A stretch of 25,810 bases of DNA, taken from Anaerolineae bacterium. Its GTDB lineage: Bacteria > Chloroflexota > Anaerolineae > S140-20. The stretch spans positions 1 to 25,810 of the forward strand of contig JALUTT010000024.1 in NCBI GenBank assembly GCA_027021705.1. The letters run 5' to 3'. This document shows, piece by piece, positions 17,034 to 25,080 of the stretch; positions within the stretch are counted from its first letter, which is position 1, and every line of letters begins with the position of its first letter. Made by a program: the position numbers and the translations under genes. Below the pieces are notes generated by a model. The model did not search any database. It saw nothing but the letters and a program-made list of their open reading frames with translations, and was not told the DNA's origin.

Positions 17034-17528
17034 CTAATCCAGTTGTCTCCAGACGTACCCTTCGTCCTCCTCCTGAGCCGGGCCGTCCTCGTCGAACCCC
17101 GGAGGTCCTCCCTCCGGCATCCCCCCCACGTCAACAGGTCCCGGGGGCTCCTCTCCCATCGGAGCCACGCCGAGTTCTCCGGGCTCCAGAAGGGGACTCC
17201 ACCCCACCACAGGCCCAGATTCTTCCCCTCCCTCAGGCCTCTCAAAGGACCTCGAAGGAAGGGGCGGCGGGACTTCGGAGGGCCGGAACACCAGCCGAGC
17301 CCCGTCCCAGGCTCCCGCGTCGGCCAGGCTCTCGTCGGGGGCCAGCGCCCGGCCCGGCGGTTCGGCCAGAATCTCGTAGGAGATGGACCAGCCGGTGGTG
17401 CCCTGATCCCAGCCCAGGGCATCGGCGATCATCGCCGCCAGCCGTTGGGCCTCCACCTCCGCCGGCACCTCCAGGTCCCGCCCTCGCGCCTCACCCTCCC
17501 GCTCGACCGTCACGATCACCCGGTGCAT
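17034..17528 (-). CDS. EsaB/YukD-like ubiquitin-fold T7SS protein with acidic Pro/Gly-rich tail
   Basis: Start reassigned to MHRVIVTV (GAGGAAAGG upstream). VIVTV..RDLEVPAE..LAAMIADALGW..LAPDESLADAGAWDGARL matches the YukD pattern. Ends DEGYVWRQLD. Confidence 0.85.
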   Translation of the reverse strand: MHRVIVTVEREGEARGRDLEVPAEVEAQRLAAMIADALGWDQGTTGWSISYEILAEPPGRALAPDESLADAGAWDGARLVFRPSEVPPPLPSRSFERPEGGEESGPVVGWSPLLEPGELGVAPMGEEPPGPVDVGGMPEGGPPGFDEDGPAQEEDEGYVWRQLD

Positions 17529-17545
17529 CGTCGCCCCGCCTTTCC

Positions 17546-18361
17546 TCACGCCGCCGGAAGTGGCTCCGGCAGCACCCGGTCCATCACCCGCCGCAGCGCC
17601 TCTCGGGCCTCTCCGGCGGTGCAGGGGATGACCTCCACCCAATCCTCTCCCCGGCGGGTGAAGGCCCTCAGTCGCCACAGGCCGTTCTCCCCCTCCAATA
17701 GGCCCATTCCGGCTACCTCCCAGGTGACCTCCCGGCGGGCCAGGGCCACCAGCGCACCGTTGCGGGTCGGGCGGGCCAGCGTTTCCGTCAGTGCGACCGC
17801 CGTCTCGCTCCCCAGGCCGGCCCGCTCTAGGGCGGCTTGAGCTGCTTCAGGGCCTGAGTCCTCGATCAACGTTCGGGCCTGGGTCAACTCCGTTCCCCGG
17901 AGCCTGCCGCTTCCCCCCGGTGCCGCCGGCTGGTCGTCCAAGCCCAGCATCGCCGTCACCCGCTCGAAGACGGAGGCAGGGTCCTCCAGGGCGGTCAGCC
18001 GGTAGCCCTCGGGCTCCGGCGCTTGCTCGACGGCCAGGTGGCGGGTTAGGTGGAAATAGCGCACCGTTGGCGCCCCGCCGGCGGGCGTCACCGTCAGGAG
18101 GAAGGAAGCCTCCGGGAAGGCGCAGGTGCCCACCAGGGTAGCTACGGCCACGTCCATCACGATGCTCCCGTCGGGCTGCACCTCGATAAAACGACGGGCG
18201 GCCAAGGCTTCTCGAGCCTGCTGCCACGCGGCTTCGATCTCTTCGGCCAACCAGCCCCAAAAGGGGTCCTCGAGGCCCAACAGCATATCGGCCCCCAGCA
18301 AGCCGGCCAGGAAGACCATCTCCTGGGCCGAACACGTTATGGTAGGAACATCGTTGTCCAT
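17546..18361 (-). CDS. Hypothetical protein, probable T7SS chaperone/accessory factor (EsaE/DUF5081- or EspG-like)
   Basis: 271 aa soluble protein. N-terminus SAQEMVFLAGLLG..LLGLEDPF..AREALAARRFI resembles, by recollection, EsaE/EspG-type N-termini. Lies between a WXG gene and yukD. The ORF is secure; the family is tentative. Confidence 0.6.
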   Translation of the reverse strand: MDNDVPTITCSAQEMVFLAGLLGADMLLGLEDPFWGWLAEEIEAAWQQAREALAARRFIEVQPDGSIVMDVAVATLVGTCAFPEASFLLTVTPAGGAPTVRYFHLTRHLAVEQAPEPEGYRLTALEDPASVFERVTAMLGLDDQPAAPGGSGRLRGTELTQARTLIEDSGPEAAQAALERAGLGSETAVALTETLARPTRNGALVALARREVTWEVAGMGLLEGENGLWRLRAFTRRGEDWVEVIPCTAGEAREALRRVMDRVLPEPLPAA

Positions 18362-18470
18362 AGGCTCACTCCCTCTGTGTGTATCCTCCTCCCATCCGCG
18401 GGCGATCTGCCTTGTTCCATCCCTTGGCGTATCCTCTCCTCCTCTCGCAGGTCAACCTCCCACCGGAGGC

Positions 18471-19031
18471 TCAGGAACCCCGGGGCCGGCGTCCGGGAAG
18501 CTCGGCGGCCCGCTCCACTCGCCCCTGCCACCGGGGGGCGATCGGGCGCAGCGGGCGGATCCCCACCCCAGAGCTGAGAGGCCGGACGGCAAGAGGCACG
18601 ACGATGGCCGTCACCCGCCGGTCCTGCTGCCCGTCCAGACCCAGCCATCGCTCGACCAGGGCGTGAGGGAAACGCGCCTGCGGTCGCAAAGCCTCGAAGC
18701 GGAGGGCCCACGCTCGTTGTACCTGGACGAAGGCGTCGGCGACCTGTCCGAGGGCGACCATACCAGCCCGGTCGGCCTCCTCGAAGCGGGCTGCTCGCTC
18801 AAGGAGGAAACGGGCCAGAGCATCCGCCCGGTCGGCCAGCGTCCGCAGGCGGGCCCGAGCCTGCCACCACCGGGCCTCCACGTCGGCCCGGTAGGCTCCC
18901 TCCCACTCCTCCGCGCTCAGCCGGTTCCATGCTCCGAGGAGACGGCTTTCCAAGGCGTAGAGCCCGTTGGCCGCCTCGGAGAGACTCCGGGCCGCCTCCC
19001 GCAGGTGATCGGGGTCTACCCGAATGCGCAT
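18471..19031 (-). CDS. WXG100-domain protein with ~90-aa C-terminal extension
   Basis: Start MRIRVDPDHL (GGAGAGG upstream); EEWEG motif; RFEEAD; 186 aa. Confidence 0.85.
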   Translation of the reverse strand: MRIRVDPDHLREAARSLSEAANGLYALESRLLGAWNRLSAEEWEGAYRADVEARWWQARARLRTLADRADALARFLLERAARFEEADRAGMVALGQVADAFVQVQRAWALRFEALRPQARFPHALVERWLGLDGQQDRRVTAIVVPLAVRPLSSGVGIRPLRPIAPRWQGRVERAAELPGRRPRGS

Positions 19032-19113
19032 CTCGGCCTCTCCAGTCCGTCTCAATCCTCCGTGGCCGTTTCTCCAACTCGATCAACCGATCCTAGGTAC
19101 CTCCGACGGCCTT

Positions 19114-20673
19114 TCAGGGTGTCGGTGCCGACGTCAGGACCACCGTCGGCGTCGGCGTCCAGGTCCCCGTCACGGTGGGGGTGATCGTCGGTGTCGGCGT
19201 CCAGGTCCCCGTCACGGTGGGGGTGATCGTCGGCGTCAGGGCCTGGGTTTCCGTCACGATGGGGGTGGCCGTCGGCACCAGGCCGGGCGGCCCGGTGGGC
19301 ATCACCGCAGGGGTGACGGTCGCAAAAGGCGTGGCCGTCGGTGTCACCATCGGGGCCACCGTGCTGGCCTTGGGCGGGAATCCGCCGGCAGGACCCGGGG
19401 GAGGCGAGCCCAAGGGGGCAGTCCTGGGGACCGTCTCCGTCGGCGGCCCCGGTGTGCCCCTCAGGCCCCTTCCCGGCTCCCCCGGCGGAGGCGGAACCTG
19501 ACCTGGCCTTGAGGGGGTGTTCCGATCCCAGACCGGTCCCCTTGTGGTCGGCGTCGCACCAAAGAAGAGGTTGTGAAGGGGGCCTCGTTGGGGAACGATG
19601 AGCTCGGCTGCGATGATGCCCATCAGAACGACTGCGGCCAGGGCGACGGCTACTCCCTTCAGCCACACCGACTCCTTCGCCGGAGGGGGGATGTCTTTCT
19701 TCAACCGGGGGCTCACCTGCCGAGTCGTCTCCGCCCCGGAAGGACGACGTTGCGGCACGGCGCCAGGCACCGATCTGGTCCGGCTGGGGACCGATGATGG
19801 CTCGATCCAAACCTCTAGGAAGGCGATGTCATCGCTGGTGGCCGCGCTGCCGGCCTCCTCGATCATCCTCTGCAAGGTCTGACGGGATAAGTCCTTCTCC
19901 CGTCCATCCAGAGCTGCCAGCCCGTCGGTGTAGGCCATCAGCCAGGCCAAACGTTGCTCCCCATCCCTCAGAGGGGCGACGAAACAGTGGGGCCTTCCTC
20001 CCACAGGGCCTCGGTGGGAGGACCAGCGCCGGGCGATGTCAAAGTTACCTCCCAGGGGCACCGGTTGTTTCCGGTCGTTCCACAATCGCAGACGCGAATC
20101 CCCCATCCAGGCCAGCACGATCCGTCCTTCCGGCAGGCCCTCCCGGGGCAGGTCTATGCGTCCACAGGCGAAGGTGCTCTCGCTCCCCAGCCTGCGTTTC
20201 TCCTCCAGCACCTCGCGCAACAAGGGCGGGAGGTCGGACGGCAGGGGATGGCGCTCTACCAAGCTCTTGGCCGGCTCCACAATCTCCCACAGGTAATCAT
20301 CCAAGGCGGCGGCGATGGTCTCCCGGTCCATCGTCTCGGGCAGGCGATCTCTCAACCACGCCACCAGGCTGTCCCCTAGGTAGCGGGATGCCAGGTCACC
20401 GTAGAAGGACTGGCCCACCCCGTCACACAAGGCGAAGACGAAGCTTCCTTCCCCTTCGCAAAAGGCCAGGTAATCCTGTCCTCGGTCGCCGGCTGCCCGC
20501 GTCTCGGCCGCACGGGCATAGGCGTACAGGAGGGGAAACTGCCCCCTCTCGAACTTCGCCTGCGTCTCTCGGTCTTGGGGAAGCCGTACTTCCTGACATC
20601 GAGATGGGGCCTCTCCCGTCTTTTTGGGGACCGAAAGCCGACGGGTGACAGGGCGATGCGGCCTCTCGCTCAC
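19114..20673 (-). CDS. PP2C-family protein phosphatase with TM and Pro/Thr-rich extracellular tail
   Basis: Start reassigned to GTG 20673 (AAAGGAGG 5 nt upstream, just after the vWA stop). Motifs GQD, ALCDGVG, GSESTF, WMGDS, YTDGL, SDDIA. TM VAVALAAVVLMGIIAAELIV. Confidence 0.88.
   Translation of the reverse strand: MSERPHRPVTRRLSVPKKTGEAPSRCQEVRLPQDRETQAKFERGQFPLLYAYARAAETRAAGDRGQDYLAFCEGEGSFVFALCDGVGQSFYGDLASRYLGDSLVAWLRDRLPETMDRETIAAALDDYLWEIVEPAKSLVERHPLPSDLPPLLREVLEEKRRLGSESTFACGRIDLPREGLPEGRIVLAWMGDSRLRLWNDRKQPVPLGGNFDIARRWSSHRGPVGGRPHCFVAPLRDGEQRLAWLMAYTDGLAALDGREKDLSRQTLQRMIEEAGSAATSDDIAFLEVWIEPSSVPSRTRSVPGAVPQRRPSGAETTRQVSPRLKKDIPPPAKESVWLKGVAVALAAVVLMGIIAAELIVPQRGPLHNLFFGATPTTRGPVWDRNTPSRPGQVPPPPGEPGRGLRGTPGPPTETVPRTAPLGSPPPGPAGGFPPKASTVAPMVTPTATPFATVTPAVMPTGPPGLVPTATPIVTETQALTPTITPTVTGTWTPTPTITPTVTGTWTPTPTVVLTSAPTP
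19151..19234 (-). repeat. In-frame 42-bp tandem duplication in the PP2C tail
   Basis: gtcggcgtccaggtccccgtcacggtgggggtgatcgtcgg(t/c) twice; encodes TPTITPTVTGTWTP repeats. Confidence 0.85.
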
Positions 20674-20690
20674 CTCAGCCTCCTTTCCGC

Positions 20691-21446
20691 TCAGCGGGCC
20701 GACATCCCGGTGGAGGTGGACATCTGGAACCCCATCGCCACCAACTCCGGGCTCGTCCCCGGCAGGAGCATCAGCGCCCTCGGATCTAGGCGGTAGCCCA
20801 TCTCCCGCATGATCTGCTGATAGCTGGCCGGCAGCGGTGAGGAGATCGCCCGGAGCTTGCGAGCATAGTCGCTGGCAAGCTTCGTCTCCGGCAGGATGCC
20901 CGGCCATCGGTGCGGGTCCGTGATCGGCTCGGGGAGGATCTCATCGGAGATGAAGATGTTTTCCACCAGGACGTGACCGTCGGGGACCGCCATCCGCATA
21001 ATGCGCTTTACGATGGGCTCAGGGTCCTCCCCCGTGTACTCGCCGTCGGTGATGTGGCAGACCAGGGGGGCCGGGCAGTGGCGCAAGTTGGGCAGCTCGT
21101 CCCGTAGGAGCTTCTCGACCTGGGCAAAGGCTCTGGCAGTATCGGTGGTGCGCAGCAGACGGAGCTCCGGCGCTCCCAGGCGGGCGACCCGATCCACCGG
21201 CTTGATCCCACCCAGCAGGTCGTACACGTGGTCGCTGTAGGCGAACAGGGCCAGGCGGTAGCGCGGTGAGATGCGTCCTCCCTTGGTCGAGCGGAAAACC
21301 ATCTGGCGCAGGGAGGCTTGGAGCGCTTCCATCACCACGTCAATGCGCCGTTTGCCCCCCAACGGCCTATTCATCGAAGCGCTCACATCCAGCAGGTAGA
21401 TGATGAGGGCCGGCGTCTTGCTGGTTGCTAGAGTCTCGTAGGCCAT
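20691..21446 (-). CDS. von Willebrand factor A domain protein (TerY-like)
   Basis: Start MAYETLATSKTP; MIDAS motif LLDVSAS, T in TTDT, HITDGE. Directly upstream of the PP2C gene. Confidence 0.9.
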   Translation of the reverse strand: MAYETLATSKTPALIIYLLDVSASMNRPLGGKRRIDVVMEALQASLRQMVFRSTKGGRISPRYRLALFAYSDHVYDLLGGIKPVDRVARLGAPELRLLRTTDTARAFAQVEKLLRDELPNLRHCPAPLVCHITDGEYTGEDPEPIVKRIMRMAVPDGHVLVENIFISDEILPEPITDPHRWPGILPETKLASDYARKLRAISSPLPASYQQIMREMGYRLDPRALMLLPGTSPELVAMGFQMSTSTGMSAR

Positions 21447-21460
21447 AGTTCTTCCCCCTT

Positions 21461-21919
21461 TCACATCACCGTCTCCCCCACTGCTTCAACCAGGGGCTGG
21501 ATCCACGTCGGCGTCGTCTCCAACGGTTGGACCGCGAGCGGCAGGGGGAGGGCGGTGACCCGGGTCCCTTCCAGCAGCGACGCTGCCTCCGGGACCACGG
21601 CCACCCTTCCCCCCCGCCGCTCAACCCCCTCCACCAGGTCTTCGAAACGCGGATCCGCCCGCCAGGCGGCGATGGCCGCCTCGCCACCCGGGATGATCAA
21701 CACCCCCACCGAGGGCAACGACCGTAACACCTCGCTCAACGAAGTGTCCGGCACGATGACCACCCCGTGCATCCCGCGAATCCCCCGCCGCTTTAACCCC
21801 ACCGTTGTCAGGGGTAGTCCTGCTCCCCGCAGCCCGCTGATCAGCGTTGTAACTTGGACCTCATCGAACCCATCGGCCAGAAGGAGCAGAAACCCTCTGG
21901 GACGATCTGATGCCTTCAT
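21461..21919 (-). CDS. DJ-1/PfpI-fold protein lacking the catalytic Cys; first gene of the cluster
   Basis: LLLADGFDE..GMHGVVIVPD..LIIPGG pattern; no cysteine in 152 aa; AAGGTGAGGGGG RBS. Confidence 0.8.
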   Translation of the reverse strand: MKASDRPRGFLLLLADGFDEVQVTTLISGLRGAGLPLTTVGLKRRGIRGMHGVVIVPDTSLSEVLRSLPSVGVLIIPGGEAAIAAWRADPRFEDLVEGVERRGGRVAVVPEAASLLEGTRVTALPLPLAVQPLETTPTWIQPLVEAVGETVM

Positions 21920-22013
21920 AGGTCCCCCTCACCTTTCGCTCGACGAGATGGCAGGCCGCTTCCTCAAGCCAACGAGCCCTCTCTCGATCTCGCCCCGGCT
22001 CCCTATGCTCACC

Positions 22014-22022
22014 AGTGTATCA
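22014..22022 (-). promoter_or_regulatory. Candidate extended -10 promoter of the T7SS cluster
   Basis: Minus strand reads TGaTACACT (TGn + -10). There is no consensus -35; that position is occupied by repeat motifs. Confidence 0.55.
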
Positions 22023-22028
22023 CAGAAA

Positions 22029-22190
22029 AACTGCGAGGAACTACGGACTTGCTTCAAATTGGTGAAGTCCACTGCGAGATCACGGGAAAAACTGCGGGAA
22101 ACTGCGGAGAACTTCAGAAAACTGCGAATTCCTTCAGATACCTGCGAGGAACTTCAGAGGGCTGCGAGTTTCTTTGAACACCTGCAAAAG
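22029..22190. promoter_or_regulatory. Array of 10-bp-phased direct repeats (CTGCG / CTTCA cores), candidate operator array
   Basis: Cores start at 22031, 22041, 22052, 22072, then every 10 bp from 22092 to 22182. Confidence 0.7.
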
Positions 22191-22214
22191 TCGCCAAAAA
22201 CCACGATAGGGTGC

Positions 22215-22243
22215 TTGACTTCTCGCTTGTGATGGCGTATACT
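22215..22243 (+). promoter_or_regulatory. Sigma70-type promoter of the NB-ARC regulator
   Basis: TTGACT (22215-22220), 17-nt spacer, TATACT (22238-22243); 43 nt upstream of the ATG. Confidence 0.8.
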
Positions 22244-22286
22244 CGGTGAGTGGGCAAGCTGCCGATAGAAGCTGCGAGGGGGGTAA

Positions 22287-23771
22287 ATGATGCCGTCTAT
22301 GCCGGACACCTTTCCCGACCTTATCCGTGGGGCTCTGCGGCAATGGGGGGATCTCCAGCCCGATCTTACCGGCTGGAATCGCTACCTGAAGATCAGCGCC
22401 TTCGGGGCCACCGGCCCCCATCCCCCTCCGGCCATCCTGGCCCGAGCGGTCCGGGAGTGGATCTACGAGGGCCTCAAAGCGCTGGAAACCGAGGATCCTC
22501 AAGCGGCCCAACTGCTGACCTGGCGCTTCCTCGATGAAGAGAGCGTCTCTCAGGTCGCCCACAGGGCCCACCTGAGCCCTTCCCAAGTGATGCATCGGCA
22601 GCGGATGGCCATCAGAGCCCTGGCCCAGGTGATGTGGCGGGGTGAGTTGGCCCTGCGGCGGCAACGGATGGCCCACATCCAGGCTCGGCTGGAGACGCCG
22701 TACCCCTCTCACCTCTTCGGCGTGGCCGATAAACAGCATGAACTCCTTGATAGTCTCTCCGATCACCGTTCTCGTTGGGTGATCGTCCTAGACGGTATCG
22801 GCGGCATCGGCAAGACCGCGCTGGCCGACTGGGCCGTTCGCCAGGTGATCACCGCTCCCTTCTACGCGGACATCGCTTGGATCAGTGCCCGACAGGAGGT
22901 CTTCACCCTGTGGAGCGGGCTGAGCGTCCGGCCTGCCTGTCCGGCCCTCACCTTGGAGGGATTCCTGGATGCCCTGATTGCCCAACTGGATCTGTCGGAC
23001 CTGCGCCCTCTCTCTCCGACCCGCAAGCTCGACGAGGTTCGCGCTCTCCTCAAGGAGCAACCCTACCTGATCGTGGTGGACAACCTGGAAACGGTTGCCG
23101 ATTATCAGGCCCTTGTACCCCACTTGCTCGACATGGCGACTCCCACCCGCTTTCTCCTTACCAGCCGGTACAGCCTGCGGGCCTATCCCGGCGTTTACAG
23201 CATCACCCTTCAGGAGCTTTCCTGGCCCGACAGCCTGGAGTTGATGCGCCACGAGGCCCACGAACGCGGCATCCATCTGCTGGGCGAAGCCTCGGAGGAA
23301 GCCCTCTCCCAAATCTACCGGGTCGTTGGAGGCAACCCTCTGGCCCTCAAACTGGTCGTCGGCCAGATCGGCGTCTTCGCCCTGCCAACCATCCTGGAGA
23401 ACTTGCGTCAAGCCCGAGGACGTCGCATTGAGGAGATCTACCGCTACATCTACTGGCGAAGCTGGTATGCTCTCAGCGACGCGGCCCGCCGGGTCCTGTT
23501 GAGCATGCCCCTGGTCTCCAGCCACGGAGGGACGCTGGAGCAGATCGCCGCCAGCAGCGAACTGCCCATCTCCCAGGTTGTGGATGCCATCGAGGAGCTG
23601 GTGCGCCTCTCGCTGGTTCTCCAAGTGGGCGATCTTCGGGAGCAGCGCTACACCATCCATCAGCTCACCGAGACCTTCCTGATGCGCGAGGTGGTGAAAT
23701 GGCAACAGGCATCGTCGGACCCAGCTCTCACCCCACCGTCTGGCGCACGTACTTCTGCCGGGCCGTCGTAA
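22287..23771 (+). CDS. STAND NTPase transcriptional regulator: sigma70 region-4-like HTH + NB-ARC + winged helix
   Basis: LLTWRFLDEESVSQVAHRAHLSPSQV (HTH); Walker A GIGGIGKT; Walker B LIVVDNLE; LLTSR; GNPLAL (GxP); YTIHQL (MHD-like). Confidence 0.9.
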   Translation: MMPSMPDTFPDLIRGALRQWGDLQPDLTGWNRYLKISAFGATGPHPPPAILARAVREWIYEGLKALETEDPQAAQLLTWRFLDEESVSQVAHRAHLSPSQVMHRQRMAIRALAQVMWRGELALRRQRMAHIQARLETPYPSHLFGVADKQHELLDSLSDHRSRWVIVLDGIGGIGKTALADWAVRQVITAPFYADIAWISARQEVFTLWSGLSVRPACPALTLEGFLDALIAQLDLSDLRPLSPTRKLDEVRALLKEQPYLIVVDNLETVADYQALVPHLLDMATPTRFLLTSRYSLRAYPGVYSITLQELSWPDSLELMRHEAHERGIHLLGEASEEALSQIYRVVGGNPLALKLVVGQIGVFALPTILENLRQARGRRIEEIYRYIYWRSWYALSDAARRVLLSMPLVSSHGGTLEQIAASSELPISQVVDAIEELVRLSLVLQVGDLREQRYTIHQLTETFLMREVVKWQQASSDPALTPPSGARTSAGPS

Positions 23772-24916
23772 ACAACGTCCAGTACTGGCTTGACCGGATC
23801 CAGCACCGATCCTACCCTGTCCCGGATCGGGAGTGGCCCAACGTCCAGAAAGCCGTCGCCGCTGCCCTGGAGATCGAAGAGGCCTGGCCCACCGGAGTCA
23901 GGCTGGCCCTGGCCCTCCGCGCCGAGGTGAAGCTGCGACAGGGCGCCTTGTGGACTACCTGGCGCGGCTATCTAGAGCGCATTGTGGAACGCGGAAGCCA
24001 ACAAGCGGACAGTGACCTGGTGGCCGAGGCGTTGCTCCAACTGGGGGAGTTGGAACAGCAGCAAGGGGCGTGGGAAGAGGCGGAAAGGCACTACCGGAGG
24101 GCTCAGACCCTTTTCCAGGTGCTCCGCAAAGCCTCCCGCGAGGGGGAAGCCCTCGTCAACCTGGCCTACCTGTATGCTTTCCAGGATCGCTTGGAAGAAG
24201 CCATTGCCTGTTGTCAACAAGCCGTGGCTTGCTTCCGGTGCTCAGACGATGCTCGCGGTCTCTCCATCGCCCACAACACCTGGGGATGCATCTACAACCG
24301 GCAGGCTCGATGGGGCCTGGCTCTCGAACATCTAACCCAATCCCTGAACGCGGCGCGTCGTAGCGGGGACCGGCTCCAGGAGGCCCGGGTGTGGCAGAAC
24401 ATCGGTGTTGTCTACGGACAGCAGGGGCAGCGCGATCAAGCCCTGGCCTACCTTCAGACGGCCGCCGGCGCCTACGCAGTGGCCGGTGCGCCGGCCTACC
24501 TGGCGAGTGCTCTGGTGGGCATCGGGGTGATCCACTACAAAGAGGGCCGCTGGGATCTGGCGCGACGGGCCTACCACCTGGCCGAATCGCTCCTCGACCA
24601 ACAGCCCGTCCTGCTGGAGCAAGCGCAACTGGCCAACAACCTGGGGCTCCTCTACCGGGAGATGGGGCGGGAACTCCAGGCTGAAGCTTACTTTGGCCGA
24701 GCGGTTCAGCTCTGGCGACGACTCGACAGCCATCTGGGAACCGCCCGCAGCTTGCTCAACCTGGCCCGCCTCTACCGCCGCTATGGGCGGGAGGCCGATG
24801 CTCACCATGCCCTGGCACAAGCCCAGGAGCACCTGGATGCCTGTCCCGCCACACCAGCCCGAGAAGCGTTACGACAGCAGATTCTGGCAGAGCTGACCGT
24901 CATAGGGGAACTGTAG
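23699..24916 (+). CDS. Tetratricopeptide repeat protein (probable sensor partner of the NB-ARC protein)
   Basis: About 7 TPR-like units (AEALLQLG..WEEAERHY, ARVWQNIGVVY, AQLANNLGLLY). GAGGTGG upstream of the ATG. Overlaps the NB-ARC gene end by 73 nt. Confidence 0.88.
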   Translation: MATGIVGPSSHPTVWRTYFCRAVVNNVQYWLDRIQHRSYPVPDREWPNVQKAVAAALEIEEAWPTGVRLALALRAEVKLRQGALWTTWRGYLERIVERGSQQADSDLVAEALLQLGELEQQQGAWEEAERHYRRAQTLFQVLRKASREGEALVNLAYLYAFQDRLEEAIACCQQAVACFRCSDDARGLSIAHNTWGCIYNRQARWGLALEHLTQSLNAARRSGDRLQEARVWQNIGVVYGQQGQRDQALAYLQTAAGAYAVAGAPAYLASALVGIGVIHYKEGRWDLARRAYHLAESLLDQQPVLLEQAQLANNLGLLYREMGRELQAEAYFGRAVQLWRRLDSHLGTARSLLNLARLYRRYGREADAHHALAQAQEHLDACPATPAREALRQQILAELTVIGEL

Positions 24917-25029
24917 GAGATGAGGGATGAGGCACCGGGGGAACAGGGGAGCTGCCGACCGCCGACCGGCAGCGGCCGGCCATCAAGAGAAGGCCGCCTG
25001 GTGATCGCCCACAGGATGTGGGTGATACC

Positions 25030-25067
25030 AAAAAACCGGGGGCAGGGCAAGGAAGCCCTACCCCCGG
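25030..25067 (-). terminator. Intrinsic terminator of the small peptide gene
   Basis: Stem ccgggggcagggc / gccctacccccgg, preceded on + by A6 (a U6 tail on the minus strand); 13 nt after the stop. Confidence 0.8.
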
Positions 25068-25080
25068 CCCGTTGAGGTGG

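Noticed and set aside
18337..18711. Frameshifted continuation of the WXG protein 18471..19031
   Set aside because: The alternative frame has no recognisable domain or slippery site, and only 110 nt remain before the next gene.
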